A DNA stretch of 63,549 nt, the filler included, from Intoshia linei (taxonomy: Eukaryota > Animalia > Orthonectida): assembly GCA_001642005.1 (NCBI GenBank). It is 5 parts of 5 records of this genome, joined end to end, with 100 filler letters (N's around TTAATTAATTAA, not from the genome) between each part and the next. Parts side by side here need not be neighbours in the genome. Positions count along the whole stretch, not along the records: positions 10,227 to 32,898 come from LWCA01000587.1; 4 more parts are not named here. One strand, written 5' to 3'. A program made the position numbers and the translations under genes. Of this stretch, positions 11,430-25,013 are shown one piece after another; the stretch's first letter is position 1, and each line of letters starts with the position of its first letter. The notes beneath the pieces were generated by a model. The model did not search any database and was not told the DNA's origin. It saw only the letters and a program-made list of their open reading frames with translations.

Positions 11430-11706
11430 TCACCATTTCATCAAATTTATTTTTACAAACTTTAAAAAATTAAGTGTTCAAATGTTTAACGTTTAAACCA
11501 TGAAAATACCTTTTTTAAAATTTTTCAAATACGCTAAAAATCCATATTGGGATTCTAAAAAAATTTTGGAAAGGTACCTGATTTTGGAAAGTTTGAAAAC
11601 ATTGATGTATATAATAAATACGTGATGTAGATTGCTGAAAAGAAAATGATGAAAAAAGGAAAATGTACAGTTGTATAAATACAATATATTATACAAATAA
11701 ATTTTT

Positions 11707-13860
11707 TTAACTTTCTAAACTCTTTCGTAAATGCTGTATTTGGTTATGATATTGCATAAATGTGTGTTCTGGTTTGTATTGTGACATATTTATGAGACAA
11801 GGTTTTTCTATTGGGTAATCAATGTTTCCTTCACAAAATTCAGAGCAAATTTCTGATAATAAATCAAAACATTCGGATAATGATGTGCCACAATCATATT
11901 GTAACTAAATAAAAATATACGCACCGTACAATAATTATTATGCTCGAGTCAAATACAAATTTCAAAAAGGGGGATTTTGTTTCTACCCCATGATGAAATC
12001 ATGAAGTAAATAGTTCTAATTATAAATTTTATTAATTCGTTGTAGTTTTAATTTAAATTTTAAAAAAATGATTTGAAATGACAATTTAAGAATAAAAAAT
12101 TGCGTAGCAATGAAAAAAAATCCGAAGGAATCAATTATATAGATTTCCACTCATATTTCTTCATTGGAAATGTATAGAAATTCAATAGACATTTTTTTTT
12201 AAATTGTAGGATCAATATTTACATTTTCAATTTTTATTTTAATCGAAACATTTGAAAAATATTAAAAATTATTTTTCACCGGGAATGCGTAGATTTTTGG
12301 GGTTAAAATTTTGTATTTATGTCAACTGGAATAAGCTGTATCAGAATAATTTTTTTTTAATTGTACGACCGTTAATTATTTCAAATTTTTTGTTTTACAG
12401 TTTATGTTAATAAAATAATTTTGAAACAAAAAAATAAATATTAAAGTGTTTTTTGACCATGAAGGCGTCACTTAATCAGATTAAAATTTTTTGTGTGTGT
12501 TAACTGGATATAACTGTATCATCCCAAATTTTTTAAAATTTTAGGGCTGTTTTCATTTTTAAAAAAAGGTAATCTCTCTTTTTGACCGTGAAAATTAACT
12601 TTTTTGAGGTTACCATTTATGATAATGCTTATGAATTTAAAAATCATCCCAGAATTTATGTAGTATACAATTATAAGATTTTCTTAATTTTTACAAAAAA
12701 GGGTATTTAGTGGTTTTGGCCGTGAAGATATAAGATTTTGAAATTGAAAATTATCATAATTTTGATGAATTTAAACTTTTTTATTAGAGTGTGTAATTTT
12801 ATAATTCTAGGACGATTTTAAATTTAAAAACAAAGGACAAGGGGGAGTTTTTAATCTTGAAAAACTCAATTTCTGAAATTGAAATTTGCGATGAAACATC
12901 ACTCTGAAAAACTGTTATAAGAATATGGAATTTGTAAAACTAGACTCCCCTTACTTTAATAAACTGGAACAAATAAATAAACAGACATACATTTTAACCA
13001 TTTTTCTTTATATATTTATTAATACATAAAGATCATATAATAAATGAGGTAATTTGTGTTTTTGACCGTGAAGGTGCACATTTTTGGGACTGTCAATTTT
13101 CAAAATAAATGGTTACACACATTTAGCAACTATTACTTTGCATAAATATGGATAATTTCACTAAAATGTAAAAATTAATCTAAAGTTTAGACTTTAAACA
13201 TGGGAGGGAGTTTATTGTTAAAAATAGAATATCAGAATGAATTAAATAATTAGAATTAAAACAACCTCTAGTAAAATGCCGCGAACTTTACAAGTTTTTC
13301 CAATAATAACAGTACCAATCCTAACTGTGAAATCATCTCGATATAAGGTAGACCCTTGTACAAACGAACTAGAACGGGGTAACGCCTCGAAGCACTGATT
13401 CAACTTTGTTTTCAAAAACTTGTCAAAATTAGAATTCATCAAAATTGGATTATGCATACCAGTATCATTTTCAACGACAGCACAAACAGAATTAGATAAA
13501 GCTGAGTGAAATATTTCGGTTATGAATGTATCTTTACCTTTAAATAAAATATAAAAATAAATCTCGGAAGCTATGCAAAATAAAAAAAAGTAATAAAATT
13601 GAACCCAATAATAATTTTACTAAAAATTACGAGTAAAACTTTGAAAATTGTCAATTGTTACAGAAAAAGTTCCACATACAGTATATCCAACTGTCATAAA
13701 CATGTTAATTAGTTTATCTATGCATTCAGACGGTTGTTTGTTTTTATCAATTTTATATCTAATGACTCTAAATATGTACAATTACGGAATAATTAAATAA
13801 TTATAATTTAATAATTGATAATTAACTATTTAAACACAATAATTACAAAGAAACTGTCAT
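11707..13860 (-). CDS. MED20: Mediator subunit 20 (4 exons: ~13860-13847, 13767-13632, 13538-13266, 11904-11707)
   Basis: MTVSLVIRY..CGTFSVTIDNF..EIFHS..NSNFD..GSTLYRDDFTVRIGTVIIG..RGILLE|LQYDCG..CFDLLSE..YKPEHTFMQY aligns with MED20 motifs (GTFxVD, DFxVKVGTV, RGIxVEVEY, YGPxDTMxQY). Confidence 0.85.
12030..12990 (-). mobile_element. Copy of the abundant Helitron-like non-autonomous repeat in a MED20 intron
   Basis: Reverse complement of blocks found at 31830-32620 and 43420-44000 (e.g. CACCGGGAATGCGTAGATTT, GAAGGCGTCACTT). Confidence 0.65.
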
Positions 13861-13993
13861 CGAAACAATTATAATGATACAACTTTTTCAAGTTATACAA
13901 ATGTCATGGCAAAATATAATTAAAATTGAATTTATAAATAAATGTTTATACTAGAATATAATTCTAAATTATTCATAGTTAAAATTTTTAAAA
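13861..13993. promoter_or_regulatory. Probable bidirectional promoter between MED20 and FIP1L1
   Basis: The two divergent ATGs (13860 minus, 13994 plus) are only 133 bp apart. Confidence 0.6.
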
Positions 13994-16900
13994 ATGACGG
14001 ACATTGAAAATCCTATTGAAAATATAAAGGAAAATGAAACTGAAATGCAAGTGGAAACTATTACCGAAAAAAAAGATGTAGAGTACACAGGTGAAAAAAT
14101 AGTTGAAGCAGCAGACAACATGAGTGATGATGAATTTGAAGTCACAATGGAAGCCGATAACGTGAAAGAGATTGAAAAACCAGATGAAGAATTGCCAGAA
14201 ATACCTGAAAACGAAACTGTGAATGTCACATATGAACCAAAGCTTCACAATATACCAATGTACGATTATGATTTAACTACAGCAGAATATTTCGAAGACA
14301 AACCTTGGAGTAAACCTGGAGCTGATATAACAGATTATTTTAATTATGGATTCACTGAAGATACGTGGGCTAAATATTGTGAAAAACAGAGAACTTTGCG
14401 CATTGAAAATCAACCTCTAGGCTCTTTTAATAAACCCAAAACAATGAATAGCAAAAACTACAACGGAAATATTGCTGTAATAGGAAATAACGAATCTCGT
14501 CGAAATATGAATAATTTCCAAAACCCAATGATGAATCCTACTGTAAGAATGATGTCTGCTATGCCAATGGGAATGCTTCCTCCTACTGCTGGTATATTAC
14601 ATTACTATATCATTTCATTTTTATTTTAGCTATGATGAATATGCGAATGATGAATCCACAAATGATGAAAAATCCAATGAGGTCATTTTAAATTATTGTT
14701 ACATGCTTGAGGTTTTTTTTATTTTTTAATTTAGAATCAAGGATGATGATTATAAATCACATCGCTCTAGAGATGACAGAGATAGAGACCGTGATAGGGA
14801 TCGTGACAGAGACAGAGATTATGACCGGTAATTTTAAAATTGGTATCTATTTGTTACTTGATTTTATTATTTTTCAACATACTCTTTTTGGCTTCTCGCC
14901 GCGTTTATTAAAATGTTACTGACAAATCAATAATGTTCATAAAAATTTGTGGCGTCAAACTACGCTCGCTGTTTTTTAAGAACTACATTGAATTGAATTG
15001 ATTCATGTCATATTTATTTTCACCATTGAGTCAATTTAATTCTATGTAATTGGGCAAAACCATATGACTCTGACCAAAAAAAACGTGAAATCATTTATCG
15101 GTTGTAAAATTTAAATAAATATTATTTTAATTTAAAATATATATATAAACTATGGAATATTTGTTTGTGTGTGTGTTACTGTTTATTTCAATAACTACCA
15201 GTTTAGAATTTGATAAAGTCCACATTTCAATTACAGTTTTTTCCGGGGTGTTAGCAAAATAAATTTTAACCTCCCAAACTCACATCTTACGGGTCAAAAA
15301 GCCCAATTGTCCTTTTTTTAAAAATCAAACCAGTTGGAGAATTTAAAAAAATATATATGCTCTTACAGATTTTAAAATTATCATAAATTTAAAAAAAATA
15401 TATCTTCAGGGCCAAAACCACAAATTACTCTTCTTTTTTTAATAAAAACAGCCCTAGAATTTCAAAAAATTTACAGGTGGTACAGTTGTATCCTGTTAGT
15501 CTGAATAAGTGACGCCTTCATGGTTAAAAAAGCATTTTAGTTTTCATGCTTTTTTCCCGAAATATTTTATTAACAAAAAATGTGAAATAATTAACGATCC
15601 GAAAATTAAAAAAAAGAAGATTATTCTAATAGAGCTTAGTGCAGTTGATATAGATACAAAAGTTTAACGCGAGAAATCTACGCATTCACAATGAAAAATT
15701 TTTAATATATTATCAACTAATATTTTTCAAATATTTCGATTAAAATATAAATAGTGATCTTACAATTTCACAAAAAAATATGCATTGAATGTCTACACAT
15801 TTCCAATAAAGAAATATGGGTGAAAATCTATATAATTCATTCCTTCGCAATTTTTAAATTTTAAATTCTCATTTTCAAAATATTTTGAATACAAATTTAA
15901 ATAGAAACAACAACGAAACTAAAAGTCATTAACTTTGTTAATATCATTTTTATATTTATTACTATTCTTTGCAATATTGATAAATTCGCCTGAATTATGT
16001 TTATAAAGTGAAGATTTTATTAATTATTGATACATAATTGGTATTTTTAAGTATTTATTAGATTGAAAATGACAAAATAAGTTTTTATAATTTTATTTTT
16101 TCATGAATTTATGCTTTATATCACAATTTTTAGGATTGACTGTTTTTATTTTATTTTTAATATTGTACACTCCGTCCACTAATTTTAAATTGACATTTTT
16201 AACAACATGACATTATTAAATAGTTTCATTATTAATAAAGAAATATTTTTGAAAATTGACATGCAGTATAAGCACGTCACAATGTTGCAACCATCAAAAA
16301 GTATTTTTGAAAAAACCAAAATAAAAAGGTTATTAATAAAATATTTAAAATAACAATAAATAACGTGTCCACAATTATAACAACACTAAGTTTTAATATT
16401 ATAATTACTACATAAATTACATAATAATTGTTTTCAATAGCAATGACTATAGTCAATTCGCTACCCTCCTATCTTTAATATTTCGATTGCACGATTTGGA
16501 CTGAGTTTATCAGTTTAATAACCGTTGCATCAGCGATTGTCCGCCATGTACTTATTATCGCTATTCGTAGTTCGCATAGATTACTATATTGTTTATTTCC
16601 AGCATAGAGTTGTATGGTCAAGATACCCATACGTTTTAAATGGGGTTGATATTTGGAGACAGAGCAGGCATTTATGATCGTCATTTTTATTCTATCAGAG
16701 AGTCTAGGCTTAGCACCAGCTCTTTTTCTTCCATCGTCATATTTTTGGGTATTACTTAAAAATGATAGAACAATATAGAATGATCTATTTGTTGAAAAAT
16801 TACGTTTTAAACGAGCAGCTATTTTTTTATAAGACCTGCGCTTTTGATTGTACACCACAAGCAGAATACAGAAGGGCTGTTAGAGGAGAAACCATCCTGG

Positions 16901-18829
16901 CATATGTATGCAACCTTTGTATACAAGTAGTTTAAGAACCAATAGAACTAATTGATGACACTGCAAATGATGAAGTGAGTATTACTATTGCGATATTTCT
17001 ATAAGTAATTTTTAATAGCAATTAACCTTTAAAAAATCAGAATATGAAATGCCAGAAAATTTAACAGAAGAATCTATGGATGAAGAAGCAATGGCCGATG
17101 CAGCATCTCTACAACAGCCCAATTTTTAAATTATTGCCGGGTCATCACAGCGAGGCAAAGATAAGCTGATCGATTCGAACGGCTATAGTTTCAATATAAA
17201 GGTTGAACGTGGAGCAACAACCTACTGGCAATGCATCAGTAGGTCGAAAACGGTTAACTGTCGGACAACAGTTATACAAAAACATGGCAATTTTAAAAGA
17301 GGAAGTCAACCACATATACACCCAGCACTGTCAGGACAAGAAAATGTACATATTGTAAAAAAACAATAAAAGAGCGGGCAAAAGAAAAGATTTTTCAATT
17401 GGCAGCAGAAATTGCTAGGCAGGTTGTCGTAAACCATATAAATGAAGCACCAGCCCCTTACAAGGTTACACACAATGTTATAAATCTTATTTATGAAAAC
17501 TATTTCCTTTGAGTAGGCCGATGTTTTTCAAAATTTAGGCTTAGCGAATGGTACCACCGTTTTTAGAATTTTTTTCTCATCCTGTATAACCCTGTATTTT
17601 TGTTCTTAGAAAAAAGTTAACACCCTACTGTATATACAATTCGTCCAATAATTATAACAACACTATCATTTTGTTAATAACAATTATATTTGTAGATCAA
17701 AATTTATGAAAATTGGCATGTTGGACATGCACAATATAAGGTTGTCATATTAAAAAAAATAATTGAAAAAAAACACAATTAACCAAAGTTTTTTTAACAA
17801 AAACGTTAAAAATACAAAAACACGAGTGTCTATAAATTATAACAACACAACTGTTTATTAATTATAATGACTATATATGCTACATGAATATTTCTTTCAA
17901 TAATTAATTGACTTTCCTCACTCTTTTAATACTTCGATTGCACGATTTTTTACAGAATCTGATAGTTTCAAAAACGTTTCATCCAAAATGTTTTCCCATG
18001 AATCCTGTAAGGTTTTATTGAATTTAATTTGAAGTTCACCATTGGCAGAGCTAGCTGCTGTTTGTACGAAGTACATAACATTCAAGCTAGTATTATATAC
18101 AATATTCTCTCCAAAACCTTACAACTTTGCAAAATAATTGATATATTACTAAAAAAATATTAAAATGTAATTCTTCTACATTATTTTCAACCTGGACGGG
18201 GTATGGGTTATTTTATACGACACTTATACACATTTAAGAGTCATTATTCCATTTATATTTTAATTTAATATTTGTATGACGTTATTGAACCATTTATAAT
18301 TTACAGTTCTGTAGATGAAACTTTTAACTTGATACCCTATAAAATTCATAATATATTAATATTCAATTTTTTGCCAATTCACCAGCGACCTTAATATGTT
18401 CTTAAATATAACTCATTTAAAGTGTGATTCACTCAATTTAATATTTTAGAATATTAATTTACTAAATATTACATTAATATAAGTTTTAGTTTTGATGTAG
18501 GTGACGTTATTGTTATTTAGTATTATGTTTATGAACCAAATTTATTTGGAACATGTTTTGTATTTATATTTATCTAATTACTAATCTATATGTATAAATA
18601 TATAATTAATTAAATATTTAGTGATCACAGAAGAAGAGATAGGGACAGAAGTGTGGATCGATCAAGACACAGAAGGTTTGTTTACTTTTCTACCAATTTA
18701 ACATAACAATGAAATGTATTTATACTTGAATTTAGAAGAAGAGACGAAGATTCACGTAGATATGAATCAACAGATGGTGAACGTCATTCTAAAAGAAGTA
18801 GGCGAAGATATGATAGTCCAATAGAATAA
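13994..18829 (+). CDS. FIP1L1: Pre-mRNA 3'-end processing factor FIP1
   Basis: Fip1 motif [32 protein letters not shown]; Met/Pro-rich part; RD-repeat exon (~14734-14827). Terminal R/S-rich exons at ~18622-18675 and 18736-18829 follow a ~3.8-kb TE-filled intron. Confidence 0.9.
15140..16170 (+). mobile_element. Helitron-like repeat copy in the FIP1 intron
   Basis: Shares the TTTGTTTGTGTG..AATAACTACC start and internal blocks with the other copies. Confidence 0.65.
16330..16858 (-). pseudogene. Internally deleted Tc1/mariner transposase remnant (related piece ~17800-18010)
   Basis: HTH-like [21 protein letters not shown] is joined to the C-terminal [25 protein letters not shown]; the DDE core is missing. 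Confidence 0.6.
16860..17465 (+). pseudogene. Mutator-like (MULE) remnant with FLYWCH zinc finger
   Basis: [62 protein letters not shown] matches the FLYWCH pattern (SxRG..L..GY.F..W.C...C....H.H); stops present. Confidence 0.7.
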
Positions 18830-19063
18830 ATGTTATTTATAAACCAATTTTGTAAATGAATCAATAAATTTTTAATATATAAATTAAATTGTTATTAATC
18901 ATAAATGTTGTTATTTTTGTTTTAATTGTACCTGTTAATGGTGTCCAATCTGACAAAATATGTTCTTAATCTACTAATTACTAATTAAATTAGATACCTA
19001 GAAATATGAAACCAATGTTTTGATTGTTCCATTTAACATTGTCAAACAATTTCTATTCTAATT

Positions 19064-20431
19064 ATGAGTAAATTAAAAAAAGGTTACAGATTAAAAAGCG
19101 AATATTCTGGGCAAATTCATTCAGTCAATAAAGCTTATGATGTAAAATGCATGGTGAATAATGTTGTCAATTTTAGAAACTGCGAAAATGTAATTTCAAA
19201 GATTGAGAATGGTCAAAAAATGTATCTATTGAATTTGCATAAATTGTACATTAAAAGGAAAGAATTTTACAGACAAGTTGTGAAAAGGAGACAAAACAAT
19301 ATTTACAAAAATAAACTTGCACAATTTTCAAATATTCTAATAAATTTACCAGAAAAAATTATACATTCTCCTGAAAAGTCAAATATTTCCGTTTATAGTA
19401 AACATGAAGAAAACGAAAATGCATGCACACAGGTTAAAGTGAAAATTAATATTGACGAGGTGAAACCTAAAAAATTGGAATGTGAAGATTCTGAAAATGC
19501 AAAAGAATTGACATCCAACAGGGAGAGGTCCAATGCTATGAGTTGTTCTATCTTTGTTCGAAGTCTTAGACGCAGCACGATTAATGTACCTGCTTTAAAC
19601 ATCAAAAAACCTAAACGGAAAGTATTTTTGAATAATAAAGATGATCAAGAAAAGTCAAAATTGGAAAAAATGATTAAAGAAAAAGCATTTAGCCGTAAAA
19701 AAATGCTACAAAGATCTAAATCACGAGGTAAATTTAAGGGGGATTTTAAATTGCAAAAATTAATTCAAGAAATCAGATTATACCGTAAATATAATGATGC
19801 TAAACGACATGCCATATTAAACGCTGAAAAGCCCATAGTTTATCTTAGAAAACAACCTCAGTATGACGTGTCATTAGATGAAACCAGTAATTTTATATAT
19901 TATTTTTGATTTGAAATTTATCTTTATAGTTCATAATGCCTTAGCCAAACGCACAACTGTACAACAATCTAGTTGCCAGTTTAAACGAAAAGATTTTAAA
20001 ATTCCTACAAATTTTGATGCGTACAATTATGATAAAGCCAAACTTTTGGAAAAAGAAAGATTGAAAGATGGTCAATTCAAATTGAAAAATTTTTATGCCA
20101 AATACAAAGCACCTTTGTCTAAATTGGGTTTATCATATTTAGAATTAATTTCATTTTTCTACGCTTTTATATATTAACTTATATATAACTACTTATAGAT
20201 CAAATAAAACTTCGCAATAACGAATATTTAAAAGATAAGTTAAAACTGGAACCCAAAGACAATAAGAAATCTAAATTACCACAAATTATCAAGAAAAAGT
20301 CAATTTTATTTAAAGTGAGTGATGTGTTTCAAAGATATCAAACGAATAAATATTTTTCTGTGATCAAACCGGTTGACGCTACCTCTGCCCTATTTGCAAA
20401 TGCGAAACAAAGTCATTATTTAAGAGTTTAA
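19064..20431 (+). CDS. Unknown lysine/arginine-rich protein (3 exons: 19064-19886, 19931-20127, 20199-20431)
   Basis: Two short GT-AG introns join the 281-aa and 99-aa ORFs and a terminal exon (DQIKLRNNE...SHYLRV*) in frame. No family recognised. Confidence 0.65.
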
Positions 20432-21439
20432 TGTTTCTATTTTATTACTTTTTAATATATTAAATGTACCTACATTTATTAATTTCTTATTTTATGTTTT
20501 TCAAGATAGTGAGATTTTAATAAATTTATGTCGATAAACAATTTATGTGCTATATCTACAATGTAGATTCTACATTAATGTTATTAATGGTTTATTTGGT
20601 ATGTAATTTATTGATACTTGTGTAATACACAATGTATATCCTTTACTTATATAAAATTGAATATCTGTGTTACCGTTTATTTAAAAAATTGACGGTTGTA
20701 GAATTTAATTAACTCAATTTCTAATACAGTTTTTCCCACAACGTATTTATATTTAGTTTTCAGTTTCAGAATTTGAGTCCTTCAGGTTAAAAACTCAATT
20801 TGACTTTTTTTTTTAAAAATAAAATCAGTCCAAAAATTTAACAAAACATCCATTCTGGGACGCGTTTTAAAAACGTTGAAATTTTAATATTATTGTTGTA
20901 AATCTCAACTTCAGAAACGCATATATTCATGGTCAAAACCACAAATTACCCTTTGTTTTAAAAATAAAACATGTTCTAAAATTTTAGAATAGTTTTTAGA
21001 ATCATAAACATTATAATAAATGGCAACCTCATAAAAGTGCATTTTCACAACCAAAACCCCAAATTTACTTTTTAAAAAAGAAAATTTAAGAAATAAAAAT
21101 AGTCCTAAAACTTAAAAAAGTTACAGTTAACACAGTTATATCCAGTTAATACACACAAACAATTTAAATCTCATAAAGTAACGCCTTCATAGTAAAAAAA
21201 AGCACTTTGGTATTCATTTTTTTTTTATTATCAAATTATTTTATTAAAACAAAAAAAAACCACATGTACTTTTTTGGCAACACTGAAAAACGTACTTAAT
21301 TATTTAAATTAATTGTTTACACATGTTTTTCGATTTTTTAACAAAACGCACCCATTTTTCCAAAATTTTGCCCACACTCCTCCCGGAAAGAGGCTCGGTA
21401 TATTATATTCTGCAACGCTCGAAATGTTTGGTTACATTA

Positions 21440-22440
21440 AATTTTTCCAAAAAATATAGATAAAAATTGAACTTAGTGGTAAGTAAAATTGGACTTTTAT
21501 TTTGGATTGGATTAAGAAATTTTTTCATAAAGCTTTCTTAAAATCTTTGTATTTTCAAAAAAGATTGGAAAAAGAGTAATTTTCCCTTAAGTGTATGTAA
21601 AATTTAATTTTGTATTTGGGATTGGATTAAGTAAGGTTTTCAAAAAAATACTGAAAAAAGGGGATTGTTCCCTTAAGGGTTGATAAAATTGGATTTTTTT
21701 CGTTTTTGGGTTGGATTAATAAGTATTTTTTAAAAAAAAATTGTTAAAAAAATCTGTATTTTTCAAAATTATTGAAAAAATGGTAGTTTTTCTCTTAAAT
21801 GTTGGTAAAATTGGATTTTTTATTTTGGATTAGATAAAGTGGAGTTTTCAAAAAAATATTGAAAAAAGGGGATTGTTCCCTTAAGGGTTGATAAAATTGG
21901 ATTTTTTTCCTTTTTGGGTTGGATTAAGAGGTATTTTTTAAAAAAAAATTGTTAAATCTGTTATAATAATATAATAATTATAATAATAATATAATAATAA
22001 ATAAATTTGTTAAAAAAATCTGTTTTTCAAAATTATTGGAAAAAGGTAGTTTTCCCTTAAGTGTTGGTAAAATTGGATTTTTTATTTTTATATAAAGTTT
22101 TTTTCATAAAGTTTGGTAAATTTGGATTTTTTAAAAGTATATATAAATTTTTCAAAATAAAGTGAATTAGTCCTATGAAGTTTGGTAAAATTGATTATTT
22201 ACTTTGGGTTGTATTGAGAGAATTTTTCTCATTAGGTTTGGTAAAATCGGTTTTTTAGAAAAATATCGGATATAGTGAATTTTTAATTTTTTGAATAAGT
22301 GGAGTTTTTATAAAAATATTGAAAAAAGGAGACTTTCCCCTTAAAAGAGTCGGTACAATTGAATTTTTATTTTTGAGTTTGATGAAGAGATTTTTAACAT
22401 AAGGTTGGGTAAATTCTATATAAGTATAGTCTATACTTTT
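21440..22440. repeat. Degenerate ~100-bp-unit tandem repeat with a ~208-bp higher-order duplication and a TAA-rich microsatellite (~21961-22005)
   Basis: Recurrent TTCCCTTAAG..GTAAAATTGGATTTT..TTGGATTAAG units. GGGGATTGTTCCCTTAAGGGTTGATAAAATTGGATTTTTT occurs at ~21660 and ~21868. Confidence 0.8.
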
Positions 22441-23442
22441 TTTTATGTTGCCCATATATTATTATTTTTATTATTATTATATCCGTTATTTTTGATGTTT
22501 TTGTTAGGTTTTCAGTCTATTTTCTGCCTTAAAGCCAGCACAGTACATTCTTTTTCTTGATTATTGGTCATATTAAATGTTGCCTTTTTTTTGATAATAA
22601 TTCAACTCATAATGGGTTATAGGTAGTGTGTATGTTAGGGTGTTCAATTTTGTTATTATCTGAATAGTTTAAATTTTTTGTTTCATTATTTTTGATTGTA
22701 ATAAGGAAATGATAAAGTATTATTACCCTGTGATACTGATAACCTTTATATTTATAAATGTAATACATGTAAAAAATTTTATTTACAATCACAGCACAAT
22801 TTAAAACAATAAAAACAAGTTTTAAGCATTAGTTTACATGAATACATTACATAACTTGATTTACATTCATACTTCAAAATTTTTTCTATAATATTACTCA
22901 CCATTAAAAGTATATTATTTAAAATACAATCAATATATTTTTTCGAAACAAATACAAGTAATAATAACATTTAATATATTTACTATAATAATATTTAATA
23001 TTGGTCGTCGAAAATGAAATTTTAAATGTTTTGATTATATTATCATACATGTTAAACGTTACATTAAATACTATGTTTATCTCAATTTTTAATTCTTGTC
23101 ATTTAATATTTATTTACTTTTAGATGTTATATTAGCATTTTTTATAATGTAAAAGTCAGTACCACATAAATTAGTAAAAATACAAAATATTAAATTGATA
23201 ATTATCAATTATCAATATATTATAATATAGGAAATTTACTAATAGTGCCCTAAAAAGTACAAATTGATTTGAATTTATTCAAAAGAATTTGTATGACACA
23301 TTTTTTTATTTAATTAAAAGTTTATTATACAATATAGTTGTATATGATAGTATTAACGGATTTAAATCATGTCAAATATATCGATTGTTTATAATTTTTC
23401 AAATTTATAAAAATAAAGATTAAATTTGTAAATATTGTGAAA

Positions 23443-24611
23443 ATGAAAGAAAAAAATCATTATACTGTTCAAGACATTATTAATATTGTTCAACCAACAA
23501 ACGGTAAATATCATGTAACTGACAGAAAAAATAATTTATATTATACTTGCTTTTAATAGATTATCTATGTAAAATTTGCGACAATGTTTACAATTTGATA
23601 TTTACAAGATTTACTTTGCGAAATATTGATAATGATGACATTATAATTGATATTACATTGACCAAATTAAACAAAGAAAACGAAAAATATACAGAGCCTA
23701 TTAGCTATTCAACCATCAATACTGATTTATCTTGTACGTCTACCAATTTGATAGATTCCAATGTTAATGAAAATGATGATTATGAAGTAGATGATGGTAT
23801 TATTAATGTATCTAATTTATAATGCCATTCCAAGCCTTTTTTGTGTGAGACCCTTTGTAATGTTTTGTACCTTGGTGAAAATATTAAAAATTATTAAATC
23901 AGTAGATGATTACTATCTTGTGTAGTAATACAGACACTCAAGTAATAATGTCAAAAATATGAGAGAATAACAATCAACTCTGAGGTCGTAGTTTGTTCGC
24001 ATGTTATTAAGACTTTTATACAATACATACATGTATGTACCAAAAATAAAAATTTTTATTAATTTTAAATTGTTATTTACCCGTCCAAAATTTTATTTAC
24101 CAACGTTTGGATAGCTAATGTAAAAATGTGCTAGTCACTGATAATGTATACCTAATTTTAGATTCTAAAAATATTCGATTTGTTCGTTACTATTTTAAGC
24201 AAGAATTTATAGACTTAACAAACATTGGAGCAAGGTTTAAAAATCAAAAAGTCATTATAAAATATAACATGTAGTATTGAATTTAAAATTGGATCAAAGG
24301 AAATAAATTCCATGCGAATGATAGAAAAATTGTATTTCAAACAACACCATCTTAAAACATTTGATTTTGATTTTGGATATGTTATTCCAAATAGTACAAA
24401 CACGTGTGAAATTGTATATTCATTTCCTACAGTGTCTGATGAAATGAGTAAATTTAAACAATTTTTTTAACCTATAAATTGATTATCATAATTAAATTGT
24501 ATATTAGAAAAAGAAATGATCAATGAACCATGGGAAACTAAATCGGATGCTTTTTATTTTGTTAATAATCAATTAATTATGCACAACAAAGTCGAATATT
24601 CGTTTACATAG
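23443..24611 (+). CDS. UNC119: UNC-119 lipid-binding chaperone (5 exons)
   Basis: MKEKNHYTVQDII..DYLC..NVYNLIFTRFTLRNID..RFVRYYF..IGA..EFKIG..RMIEKLYF..LKTFDFDFGYVIPNSTNTCE..YSFP..MINEPWETKSDAFYFVNNQLIMHNKVEYSFT* follows the UNC119 consensus. Confidence 0.92.
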
Positions 24612-25013
24612 TTGTTTGTATTGAAAAAATTTTTATAATACATTTGTATAAATCGAAGGATGATATCAACATCTATCCTAATGTTGATGGTATCATAATA
24701 AATTAACCGATATAATGGAGGTTACCTTTATTAAAAAAATGTGAAAGTAACATTAAAATAATTTTTTTGAAATTTTATGATGAATATTTTCAATTTTACA
24801 TTTTTTAATTCAAAAATTTTAAAAAATATTGGTTGATCTTAACGTATATATTAAAATTTTAAGAAATTTTAAAATCGGTGCTTTGAACACTGATAAACTT
24901 AATTGAACAAGAATTACTGTGCTACACGCGTATAACGAAGGCTGGAAATTTTTTGTAAATTAGATGAATTTTTCTCATGGACAAATGCGATAACATGAAA
25001 TATTTATTAAATA

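Noticed and set aside
21440-22440. Regularly spaced repeats that might look CRISPR-like
   Set aside because: The units are degenerate and the intervening sequence is also repetitive. The context is eukaryotic and there are no cas genes.
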